Positions 28,819-38,057 of a stretch of DNA of 64,000 nucleotides are shown here, one piece after another. Each line of letters opens with the position of its first letter. The first letter of the stretch is position 1. The notes under the pieces were generated by a model. That model worked only from the letters and a program-made list of their open reading frames with translations, was not told the origin of the DNA and did not search any database. The position numbers and the translations under genes are program-made. Origin of the DNA: an uncultured bacterium (GTDB lineage Bacteria > Babelota > Babeliae > Babelales > Vermiphilaceae); NCBI GenBank assembly GCA_963713925.1, contig OY970212.1:896001-960000 (forward strand), written 5' to 3'.

Positions 28819-28885
28819 AGAAGAAACCTCTTTATATTGGGGGTTTAAAACAGTGCTTATAATTCTAATGTGGAAAAAACATACT

Positions 28886-29266
28886 TCAAACAGACTTCCT
28901 CTCCCTCAAATTCTGCAATGCATCGAGCACGCGCATAAAGAGATGTTCAACTTTCTCAAACTCCAGAGAAACGCTTGGTTTTTTAGCAACAATAATAAGA
29001 TCTTTACCCATGGGGGCGACTTGGTGCTTAGCAAATAACGCCTTCAACCGTCGTCTAATCTTATTTCGTTGCACAGCATTACCAATATGCCCGGGGGTAA
29101 CGACGACCAATCTCCCCTGGGATTCAGGAGAAAAATTTGTACCCCTGCTTGCGCTAGGGGGCCCCACGGGTTCGGCTAAAACGTCAAAAGCCGGATGCCT
29201 AAAAACTCGCGAAGCGGTTTTAAACATCCGGTTAATTTCTTGCTTAGTTAATTTCTGCATGTTCAA
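28886..29266 (-). CDS. rnpA: Ribonuclease P protein component, with an in-frame palindrome insertion
   Basis: GNAVQRNKIRRRLK RNR motif; directly downstream of rpmH. Confidence 0.9.
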   Translation of the reverse strand: MNMQKLTKQEINRMFKTASRVFRHPAFDVLAEPVGPPSASRGTNFSPESQGRLVVVTPGHIGNAVQRNKIRRRLKALFAKHQVAPMGKDLIIVAKKPSVSLEFEKVEHLFMRVLDALQNLRERKSV

Positions 29267-29281
29267 AGCAATAAAGCCTGA

Positions 29282-29425
29282 TTACGCACGAACGGCAACA
29301 CGTTTTCTGCCACGAGATCTGCGGCGATTAAGGATCAAACGGCCATGGCGACTTGCCATACGTTTACGGAATCCGTGCTTTCTATTGCGCTTTTTATTGC
29401 TTTTTTTGAAAAAAGTTACTGACAT
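29282..29425 (-). CDS. rpmH: 50S ribosomal protein L34 (absent from the ORF track)
   Basis: Hand translation [47 protein letters not shown]. Confidence 0.95.
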   Translation of the reverse strand: MSVTFFKKSNKKRNRKHGFRKRMASRHGRLILNRRRSRGRKRVAVRA

Positions 29426-29515
29426 GGGCTTCCTGAGGTAGAAGATATTCTTTTATTGTTATTTATCGACAATCTTATTGCTTATAATAAGGCAAAATCG
29501 GATATTTTTCAAATT

Positions 29516-30439
29516 TTATATGGAAGATAAAAATCGCTCAGCGTCAAGCGAAGCCTGGCATCCGCTGCCGGCAGAAGTAATTGCCTGGCGGTATCTATCA
29601 TCAAAAACGTCCCCGGCGGCAAACACCCCCGGAACAGATGTTTTGGTATGATCATGCACAGAGATATATCCGTAGCTATTGAGCAATAGCTGGCCTTTGA
29701 ATATTCCTGTATTAGGGTTCAATCCGATTGCCACAAATACCCCGTCGACCGGAAGCTCTCGTTTATCACCCTTCTTTTGATCTTGAATCACGACGCCCGT
29801 CACTCGCGAGCCATCCCCCTTGATTTCAACCACCGTTGCCTGGTAGATGATTTTGATATCCGGGTGCTTCACTACTTTTTCACGCATAACGGCAGATGCG
29901 GTCAATTGCGGCAAAATATGCACGATAGTGACTGATTTAGTGAATTTGGTCAAAAAAAGCGCTTCCTCAGCAGCAGTATCTCCCCCACCTACCACGATCA
30001 CTCGCTTATCTTTATAAAATGCGGCATCACACACGGCGCAACTTGACACTCCCCTGCCCCACTGTTGCTGCTCGCCCGCGCACCCCAATTTTTTCGGTGT
30101 GGCTCCGGTTGCAATTATAACCGCACGAGCTTGAAACTGTTTTTCTTTTGATGTCCAAATTTGAAATGGTTGCGAAGAAAAATCAACTCTTACCACTTCG
30201 CCACCGACGATCTCAGCTCCATATGCTTGCGCATGCTCACGCATATTCATCATCAATTTTGGCCCGAAAATCGAAATATTTCCTGGCCAGTTTTCGATCT
30301 CAGAGGTCCCCATCAATTGCCCGCCGGGCTGCGAACCTTCAATCACAATTGGCGACAAATTTGCTCGACCAGCATATATGGCTGCGGTAAGCCCGGCCGG
30401 CCCCGCTCCAATGATAATCAAGTTATGAATTTTGCTCAT
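29516..30439 (-). CDS. trxB: Thioredoxin-disulfide reductase
   Basis: GAGPAG, CAVCD, GGGDTA, FAAGDV, YRQAITSAG. Confidence 0.97.
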   Translation of the reverse strand: MSKIHNLIIIGAGPAGLTAAIYAGRANLSPIVIEGSQPGGQLMGTSEIENWPGNISIFGPKLMMNMREHAQAYGAEIVGGEVVRVDFSSQPFQIWTSKEKQFQARAVIIATGATPKKLGCAGEQQQWGRGVSSCAVCDAAFYKDKRVIVVGGGDTAAEEALFLTKFTKSVTIVHILPQLTASAVMREKVVKHPDIKIIYQATVVEIKGDGSRVTGVVIQDQKKGDKRELPVDGVFVAIGLNPNTGIFKGQLLLNSYGYISVHDHTKTSVPGVFAAGDVFDDRYRQAITSAGSGCQASLDAERFLSSI

Positions 30440-30475
30440 ATTAAAAACCTAATTTTTTTTAACATTTTTGAAACA

Positions 30476-30532
30476 GGGTCCCCAATTTTTTTGACACGGG
30501 GCCCCCAAAATTTTTAAAGAAAATTTTGGGGT
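30476..30532. repeat. Family-A palindromes
   Basis: GGGTCCCCAA...GGGGCCCCCAAAATTT...AAATTTTGGGGT. Confidence 0.7.
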
Positions 30533-30536
30533 ATAT

Positions 30537-31841
30537 TTAATGCCGTATCAACGTATGAATGACATGATTCAACATCTTTTCTCTACCACAAAACAGCTTC
30601 AGATACTCAGAACTCATCGGCATTTCTTGCCCTATGTTTTTCGCCAACGGTGTGCCAAAATAAATAAATTCTTTTGTGCGAGGCCGCTGCATTAAGGTCA
30701 GATAGCTTTTGACATCATTCTCGCTAATATCCATTGAATCATTGTGCATAATTGCATCCATCATCACAGCCTCTTTAGATTGTTTTTCAGCTAATTGACG
30801 CAGGCTTGCTTGGAAATCTTTTTGCACGCGATACACATGATAATCCGGATTATGTTGCATATCAGCTAATAATTGTTGTTGGTGACGCAACACTAAAGAA
30901 TTAGGGATTTCAAATTTGTGTTTGGTTAATAATAATCGCAACGAATCTTCGGCAATATTTCTTCTTAACGAAATATCATTGCGATAGGAAAACACTTCTA
31001 TTAACCTTTGCTGTATTTCTTTGTTTGTCTTCAGTTTAAAATGATGCTTTAATTGCTCGAGACAAAAAAACGCATTTTTTACAATTCCAGTGATCGTTAT
31101 TTCGAAGCTATAATTCACCTGAAGCTGCAATGAAAAATAGGATTGCAATACGATGCTGTCGGTCACAAATGTTTCATGTAATTTTCTTCCAACAAATAGC
31201 GAACGCAGCGCCACGTCAACATCTTCTTCTCCCAGCTTAAGCCAAAGATCTTCGGTGAGCGTTTGAGTATCGCGAGAAAGTGGATCAATGATTTTTATGG
31301 AAAACCCAACCCAATCACCCACTTGCGCGCATGTCTCATCACAATTTTTTGATTTTTCTTTTTCTTCTTTTATGAACGATTCAACTTGACGGTCGAGGTC
31401 TTTATAATTTTTTCTTTTTGGTGCTTTAAACGGGAAATACTGCCATTCCAATAGCGCCAACCCCTGCACCGGCACAACCTCAAAGGTATAAGCTGCAGAA
31501 TTCGGCAAATCAAGATCAACGGAATGAATGCGCGGAGAACCGGTGATCAAAACCTTTTCTTTTCTCAGTGTTTTATAGAGTGTCTTGATGACACAATACT
31601 GAAGAAAAAATTCTTCAAGATGATCTGCTATGGTTTCTTTGAGCGAGTAGGCTATATATTCAAGAGGAGCAGCTCCACGCGCAAAACCCGGCGCATGCAC
31701 TTGACTTTGCAAAAGTTCCAACGTCTGCCGATATACAAACGAGACAAAATCCTGTGGAACCGCTATTGAAATATAAGTGACGACGGGAGAATCCTTATGT
31801 ATCTCATACGAGATACCGCTTACTTCTTGCTTCATAGACAT
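30537..31841 (-). CDS. tig: Trigger-factor-like protein (divergent)
   Basis: APGFARG ribosome-binding-like motif, AQVGDWV, FEIPNSLV; length typical of trigger factor. Confidence 0.7.
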   Translation of the reverse strand: MSMKQEVSGISYEIHKDSPVVTYISIAVPQDFVSFVYRQTLELLQSQVHAPGFARGAAPLEYIAYSLKETIADHLEEFFLQYCVIKTLYKTLRKEKVLITGSPRIHSVDLDLPNSAAYTFEVVPVQGLALLEWQYFPFKAPKRKNYKDLDRQVESFIKEEKEKSKNCDETCAQVGDWVGFSIKIIDPLSRDTQTLTEDLWLKLGEEDVDVALRSLFVGRKLHETFVTDSIVLQSYFSLQLQVNYSFEITITGIVKNAFFCLEQLKHHFKLKTNKEIQQRLIEVFSYRNDISLRRNIAEDSLRLLLTKHKFEIPNSLVLRHQQQLLADMQHNPDYHVYRVQKDFQASLRQLAEKQSKEAVMMDAIMHNDSMDISENDVKSYLTLMQRPRTKEFIYFGTPLAKNIGQEMPMSSEYLKLFCGREKMLNHVIHTLIRH

Positions 31842-32110
31842 CTCACTCCTAAAACTCAAACTTTTTTTCAAAGACTACTCTTTATACTTTGAAATTGCAA
31901 AAGAATGGAAGTATGGCGTGGAATAGGGGAAAAATTGAAAAATGAGAGATTTCGAGAACTGGGTTACGCATCTACTCTATGATATATAATTTACTATTGA
32001 TAATTATGACTCGCCGTATGTCAAGGTCAATTTTTTGAAAGCCTATTGCTAAAAATCCTTATTTTGGCACAATAAAAAAGAAACTTTTCTTTCTTACAAG
32101 GTATAAATCA

Positions 32111-32710
32111 ATGGCAAAAATAGATATGTCGCTCATTCAGCGGCTTCGTGATATCACCGGTCTTGGTATGATGGATTGCAAAAAGGCATTGGAAGAGACT
32201 GATGGCGATCTTGAAAAGGCAATAGAAATTTTGCGTAAAAAAGGCGCCGCGGTTGCAGCAAAACGCGCTGACAAAACAACCTCCGAGGGTCGCGTTCATG
32301 CCTATATTCACCCGGGCAACAGAATCGGTGTTTTGCTTGAGCTTAATTGCGAAACCGATTTTGTGGCAAATACTGATAATATGAAGGCGTTTGCGCAAGA
32401 CGTGTGCATGCATATCACCGCCATGAAGCCATTGTATTTGAGCCCTGAAGAAGTTGATGCAAAATTCTTGGCGCATGAAAAAGAAATCTTCTTGGAACAA
32501 ATGCGCTCAACTGGAAAACCTGAAAAAGTAATAGCACAGATCGTTGAAGGCAAAATCAATAAGCTTTATACAGAAGTATGTCTTCTGAAACAACCATTTG
32601 TGAAAAATGATCAAAAGACGATTGAAGAACTTTTGAATGATTTGATAGCAAAGACCGGGGAACGTGTCCAAATCAAACGTTTTGCTCGTTTTGAAATCGG
32701 TATTTACTAA
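32111..32710 (+). CDS. tsf: Elongation factor Ts (short form)
   Basis: LRDITGLGMMDCKKAL, ELNCETDFVA. Confidence 0.97.
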   Translation: MAKIDMSLIQRLRDITGLGMMDCKKALEETDGDLEKAIEILRKKGAAVAAKRADKTTSEGRVHAYIHPGNRIGVLLELNCETDFVANTDNMKAFAQDVCMHITAMKPLYLSPEEVDAKFLAHEKEIFLEQMRSTGKPEKVIAQIVEGKINKLYTEVCLLKQPFVKNDQKTIEELLNDLIAKTGERVQIKRFARFEIGIY

Positions 32711-32756
32711 ACCCGACGTACTTTTGGGCCTAAAGTTTTTTTAAATTAGTAAGGGA

Positions 32757-33353
32757 ATGCATATGGCGCAACCAATAACCATTATCGAAAATGATATAAA
32801 ATCGTTTCAGACTCCTATGGATGCTGAAATGGCAAAAGCGATTAAGCATTTTGAAGGCGAATTAGTAAAAATTCGTACAGGCAGAGCACACACCTCAATG
32901 GTTGAAGATATTATGGTGACTGCTTATGGGCAAAACCCTATGCCGCTTAAATCTTATGCGGCTATTGCAGCACCGGATGCTGGCTTACTCACTATTCAAC
33001 CATGGGATGCGACTTTAGTTGCTGACATTGAAAAAGCAATTAAACTTTCCGATATTGGGCTTAATCCGGTCAATGATGGTGCTGTTATCAAGCTTGTATT
33101 GCCTAAAATGAGCAGTGACCGACGAGAAAGCTTGATTAAAATCTTGGGCACAAAGCTTGAAGAGTGCAAAATCAGCATTCGAAATGTGCGCAAAGACTTT
33201 AATAATCTTTTGCGTGACGCTAAAAAAGATAAGAAAATTTCAGAGAATTTTGCGAGTCGTTTAGAAGATGTGTTGCAGAAATCAACTGATAATTTCACGG
33301 AAAAAGCAAATCAGCTTGCCGATAAAAAAGACAAAGAATTAAAATCTGTTTAG
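32757..33353 (+). CDS. frr: Ribosome recycling factor
   Basis: IRTGRA, IQPWD, IGLNPVNDG, IRNVRKD; start may be 32763. Confidence 0.95.
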   Translation: MHMAQPITIIENDIKSFQTPMDAEMAKAIKHFEGELVKIRTGRAHTSMVEDIMVTAYGQNPMPLKSYAAIAAPDAGLLTIQPWDATLVADIEKAIKLSDIGLNPVNDGAVIKLVLPKMSSDRRESLIKILGTKLEECKISIRNVRKDFNNLLRDAKKDKKISENFASRLEDVLQKSTDNFTEKANQLADKKDKELKSV

Positions 33354-33410
33354 ACTATCGTTTTTTTGCTTTATTTTCTTTTCTCTTTTGTTACAATATT
33401 GAAATAATTT

Positions 33411-33483
33411 GGGCTGCTAGCTCAATTGGCAGAGCAACAGACTCTTAATCTGTGGGTTCTTGGTTCGATTCCAAGGCAGCCCA
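33411..33483 (+). tRNA. tRNA-Lys(CTT)
   Basis: Cloverleaf GGGCTGC/GCAGCCC, anticodon loop CT-CTT-AA, GGTTCGATTCC; CCA not encoded. Confidence 0.95.
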
Positions 33484-33505
33484 ATTGGTTTGAAATAATC
33501 TTATT

Positions 33506-33592
33506 GCAAGAGTGGCGGAATTGGTAGACGCGCTGGACTTAGGATCCAGTTCCCGAAAGGGAGTGGGGGTTCGATTCCTCTCTCTTGCACCA
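33506..33592 (+). tRNA. tRNA-Leu(TAG)
   Basis: GCAAGAG/CTCTTGC acceptor, loop CT-TAG-GA, long variable arm, encoded CCA. Confidence 0.95.
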
Positions 33593-33693
33593 GGCTTCGC
33601 CCGTAAAGGGCTACGCCTGGCATGGCCAGACTTTTTACCCAAGACATTTTATTATGCTTTGGATCCAAGAATTCGCCCGATATAGAAGTAACT

Positions 33694-34587
33694 ATGAGAT
33701 ACATAATTCTCACCTCAGCCCTTTTAGTGGCATGCCTTCAGTCGACTATTCATGCCGCTGATGCTATAACCTCAGCTCCATATCCCTATTGGCATTCACT
33801 CCCCAACGAAATTCAAGACACAATTCTCGATATTATCGATTTAGAAGAAGAAAAAGTTTCTGGAAAAAAACTGACTCCGGCCGATTATACGTGGTTGTAT
33901 CAAAACTATGCGACCGTACGAATGGTCCACATGACACAACGTACCTACCGACAAACGGGTAAGCGAGAACATGATGAACTAAAAAAGCGTATCACTTTAC
34001 TCGACCATAACCTTTTGATGTCATTGGTTGATGTCGACCCGAAAACGATACTGAAATCGCTACGAAAAGAAAAAAGTCCTCAGCTGGAAGATACCAAACA
34101 AAATAACCGACTATGTGCTCTCGAACATCTCAACGATATTGTCATGTCACTCGAAAAACCTTTATCCCACAAGATATTCAAGAGATTTCTTACCAGCTCT
34201 CCTGAATTACTTTTGTCAAAAAAGCCTAGAGCTCTCATTCCGAATCTGCGTTTTATCCGCGATTATTATTCGCCATTCATGCTAAGCTTAATCAAAAATG
34301 GTGAATACGACCTCTTATCGTTTCTGATTTCTCACAACTATCCTTTAATCACCGGAAACATGGCCAACCCTGATCTAGTAATTCTGCTGGAAGACAAAGC
34401 ATATGATTTAATCCAAAAACACAAGCTCAAGCTCAAACTTAAGTCTGTATCAGAACCTAAAGATAAAGACGCGCTAAAAATTATGTCAATAGTAATGAAT
34501 GCATATAGGTATGAAATTTGCAAAGTAGAAGATTACTCTTGGACCCATTTGCATTCTCCAGCAAATTCATGTTGTACCATCATTTGA
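33694..34587 (+). CDS. Secreted protein with an F-box-like start and C-terminal CaaX (CTII)
   Basis: Signal ending IHA; WHSLPNEIQDTILDII; ends NSCCTII. Confidence 0.75.
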   Translation: MRYIILTSALLVACLQSTIHAADAITSAPYPYWHSLPNEIQDTILDIIDLEEEKVSGKKLTPADYTWLYQNYATVRMVHMTQRTYRQTGKREHDELKKRITLLDHNLLMSLVDVDPKTILKSLRKEKSPQLEDTKQNNRLCALEHLNDIVMSLEKPLSHKIFKRFLTSSPELLLSKKPRALIPNLRFIRDYYSPFMLSLIKNGEYDLLSFLISHNYPLITGNMANPDLVILLEDKAYDLIQKHKLKLKLKSVSEPKDKDALKIMSIVMNAYRYEICKVEDYSWTHLHSPANSCCTII

Positions 34588-34647
34588 AGACAAAGAGGCG
34601 AGGACATAATCCTCACCTCTTGTTTTAGTAAAATCAGCAAACTGTTT

Positions 34648-36063
34648 TTACAATAATTCCCCAGCCAAGCGACTCAACTCAGAACGCTCACTCGTTTCAA
34701 GATAAACCGTTCCGAAAATATTTTGTCCTTTGAACCGCTCGCTGGTGACCACGAGGCCGTTTGAGCTGAAATCAAGGTATGGCGAGTCAATTTGATATGG
34801 GTCACCTGCCAAGATAATCTTACTTCCCTCGCCTACACGGCTCACCAGCGTTTTAACTTCATGCGGCGTGAGGTTTTGCACTTCATCAATTAAGATATAT
34901 TGATATGGAATAGAGCGTCCACGCATGTAGGTGATTGCCTCAAGGCTCATTTTGTCGTGCTTGACAAGTTCATGTAACGGCCCGAGACCGGTTGAATCAA
35001 CCCGTTGCTCAATTTGAGCAAAGCGACGTTTTCCTTTTTTATCTTTAGAACCATTTTGGTGATCAGGCAGATATTCTTGTTTGATATCGTGCTGATGTCT
35101 GGCCGCTTGGCCTGCATGCACAATAAAATCAATGTTGTCATAAATTGGCAACATCCAACTTTGTAATTTTTCTTCAATGGTCCCCGGCAAATAGCCAATA
35201 TCTCTGCCAAGCGGCACCACCGGGCGAGAGATGAGAATTTTGCGATACACGTCTTCAACAAGCACCTTGTGCAATCCCGCAAGAAGCGCCAAGAATGTTT
35301 TTCCGGTTCCAGCCGGACCAAAAAGTGTGAGGCACTGAATTGAATCATCGAGCAATAAATTGAGCGCCATGAGCTGCTGTGGATTGCGAGCTTGCAACGG
35401 CCACTTGAACACCGGGTCAGCAATGGGTATAAATTTTGAATGCCCTAAATAGCGGAACACTTTATAATGATGCGGATTATGATTGCTTTCAACTAAAACA
35501 AACTCATTAGCCGTCAATTCATATTCTTTTGCAAGATGATAAAGATCATCCGGCACCTCTTTTTTCAATTGCACTGCCGGCACTTGAAGAGTAATCCACC
35601 CACGATAAAAATTATCCCGAGATACTCGCTCTTTCATATAATCAACGGCTTCAATGCCAAGCGCATCGGCCTTGACGCGAGCATTCAAATCTTTCGAGAC
35701 AAAGCGAACATCGAACCCTTTGTTTTTAAAACTCAAGGCAGTCAAAATAATCTCGTTGTCCTGCAGATTCATTCGAAATGGAATGAGCAGCGGCTGATCC
35801 GGATCCAGAAATAACACTTGCACTATTGCACCATTATCAAGCTTAATTCCATCTCCCAAAGAGCCTTTTTGGCGCAGCGCATCAAGTTGGCGAATGACTT
35901 CGCGCGTGTTTCTTCCTCGATCCGTTGTTTCTTTTTTAAACTCATCCAACTCCTCTAAAACAATTGCGGGGATCCCAACGAGAGCCCCTTCAAATGCATA
36001 GAGTGCGTGTGGATCATGTACCAAGACATTGGTGTCGAGCACAAATAATTTTTTCTTTATCAT
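34648..36063 (-). CDS. PIN-PhoH family protein (PhoH2/YbeZ-like ATPase)
   Basis: VLDTNVLVHDP PIN domain, GPAGTGKT, YMRGRS, DEVQN, GDPYQID. Confidence 0.95.
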   Translation of the reverse strand: MIKKKLFVLDTNVLVHDPHALYAFEGALVGIPAIVLEELDEFKKETTDRGRNTREVIRQLDALRQKGSLGDGIKLDNGAIVQVLFLDPDQPLLIPFRMNLQDNEIILTALSFKNKGFDVRFVSKDLNARVKADALGIEAVDYMKERVSRDNFYRGWITLQVPAVQLKKEVPDDLYHLAKEYELTANEFVLVESNHNPHHYKVFRYLGHSKFIPIADPVFKWPLQARNPQQLMALNLLLDDSIQCLTLFGPAGTGKTFLALLAGLHKVLVEDVYRKILISRPVVPLGRDIGYLPGTIEEKLQSWMLPIYDNIDFIVHAGQAARHQHDIKQEYLPDHQNGSKDKKGKRRFAQIEQRVDSTGLGPLHELVKHDKMSLEAITYMRGRSIPYQYILIDEVQNLTPHEVKTLVSRVGEGSKIILAGDPYQIDSPYLDFSSNGLVVTSERFKGQNIFGTVYLETSERSELSRLAGELL

Positions 36064-36283
36064 GACAACCCTTTTTTATGTCCAAATGAAGCCAATGTTG
36101 CAATACCCCATGCCTTATTGCTCAGGCTTCATGTATATCCAACCTCGACATATCGCGATTGGAAGCCGCTCGTCGAAGGCATAACATACTACTCAGAGAC
36201 ATCCTAACAAACAGACTCCGCTCAAGCAATGAAACATAAGAATTTGGGAAATAATAACCACCAGGAACTTAAAAACAACTTTT

Positions 36284-37252
36284 TTATTTCAAAAATCGCT
36301 CCATGACCGTAATATCAATTGCCGACGGCTTGCGAACAAATGAAGCACACGATTCATGGGCAAGCGCGGTGCACAATGTATCCCGATATGGACCCTGCGA
36401 ACTTTTTGCATGATATTTTTTATCAAATCCTATCGTTTGCAATGTCGCAACAACATTTTCTATATGTGTCCCTCCCGCGACTGCGATGACTACTTCATGA
36501 TCAGCTTCTTTTTTTATAGTCTCATGCACCATCACACAGTCTAATAATCCGCTATCAAAAGTGAGCAGTTGCCTCAATAATGCATATTTATTCTGTCGAT
36601 ATCGATTTTGCATGATGCTCACATAATTGGCAACGCTCATATCATGCTTTTTGTCTAGCTTCAAAGTTCGTGCAGCACCGTTTGTTTTATTAATGTTTTC
36701 TTGATACCAATCATGCGCCTTCCAATCGTCATACGTTGAGATCAGATCACACAACTGTGACATCTCTTGGTGTATATCCGCGATCCGTATGGAACACGCG
36801 GGCTGAAATTGATATGGACTCGTATATTTACTCGTGAGTAGTCCCCCACAGGAAATCACTCTATGATATCGATACTCAAGATTCAAAACCGGAATATTAA
36901 TACGCGCTATATCTTGGGCCAGGTGCGCAAGCATCCCTTGTTTTGAATTAAGCACATAGGAAGCACACCCAAAATTGCCTATCGAGCTGGCTGAACTCAA
37001 ATCTTCCACTAAAAATTGTACTTTACGCCCTTGTAGCTCTTGGGCAACTTTCAAGACATAATCTCGTTGAATTGCATTATGAGGATGCTGCTTATCATGG
37101 TAATCGCTCAGCCCGATGAATGTTTTTTTCGGTCCGGAATAGCTATCTTTGAGTTCTAAAACAGTTAAATCATAAATATATGGATGGAGCGCATTAGTTA
37201 TCACTAATGCAGTCCCCAATGAACAGATTTTGATTAAAAGTGCATGCTTCAT
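36284..37252 (-). CDS. Hypothetical secreted protein
   Basis: 322-aa ORF with a signal-like N-terminus. Confidence 0.75.
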   Translation of the reverse strand: MKHALLIKICSLGTALVITNALHPYIYDLTVLELKDSYSGPKKTFIGLSDYHDKQHPHNAIQRDYVLKVAQELQGRKVQFLVEDLSSASSIGNFGCASYVLNSKQGMLAHLAQDIARINIPVLNLEYRYHRVISCGGLLTSKYTSPYQFQPACSIRIADIHQEMSQLCDLISTYDDWKAHDWYQENINKTNGAARTLKLDKKHDMSVANYVSIMQNRYRQNKYALLRQLLTFDSGLLDCVMVHETIKKEADHEVVIAVAGGTHIENVVATLQTIGFDKKYHAKSSQGPYRDTLCTALAHESCASFVRKPSAIDITVMERFLK

Positions 37253-37369
37253 ATCTCAACCTTGTATAATATATTCATTTCAAATTATAAAAAATTTACA
37301 AATGAAAAATAAATACAATCGTGAAAAAGCCACAAAAAGCGAGTTGCTTTCGATACAAATTCAAAAAAA

Positions 37370-37960
37370 GGCTGGGTCCAGGTTAAGTAGATCCTGAAAT
37401 AAATTCAGGATGACGCAATAAGGAACTTCCGGGATTTTTGTATAGGCTCCACTCAACGCTAATTGTAATTTAGGCGGCAACTTTTGTGTAAAAAATGGGG
37501 GGGGGCAATTTCGTTGTGTTTATTAATCGGGGGTCCCCAATCGCAACTTGTGAAGATTGGGGTAAAACCGGGGGTGAATAGAATTTGCCTGTCCGCGGAA
37601 GCTTCGCCGCACACGGCCGTAGTTCTACGAACGAAGGCGGCAATTTTTGGTGTAAAAAATGGGGCCCCCGAGCGTAATGAAATTTGCCTGTCCGCCGAAG
37701 CTTGGCCCCAAATGCAAATTTGGGTAAAATCTTGCCGAGTCGAAATCGGGTCCCAAGTGAAGCAAAGCGTAACTTGGGTGAAATGACCCGGATAAGCGAA
37801 GGAGGAGGGTATAAAAAAACCCCCATCCAGACAGAACGTCATGGACAGGGGAAATGGAGGTTATCTGAGTTATGTTTGAATCGCTGATTATTACCCCAAT
37901 TTTTGCTTCCGCTTCAATCGGGGACCCCGTGAATACTACTTCGCTGCTTTGCAGCTACGA
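37370..37960. repeat. Dense composite cluster of family-A, B and C palindromes
   Basis: AGATCCTGAAATAAATTCAGGATGAC; several GGG(T/C)CCCAA...TTGGG(G)T units; AATTTGCCTGTCCGCNGAAGCTT twice. Confidence 0.8.
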
Positions 37961-38057
37961 AGTACTAGACAGATCTTGGGTTATTTCAACTGATTCAAGT
38001 AAAAAGGTACACGAAGATTTTTTAAAAAGCAACAGTTTCATTCCACTGTTTCCAACT

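Noticed and set aside
33445..33713. Minus-strand ORFs over the tRNA region
   Set aside because: These are antisense shadows of tRNA-Lys and tRNA-Leu.
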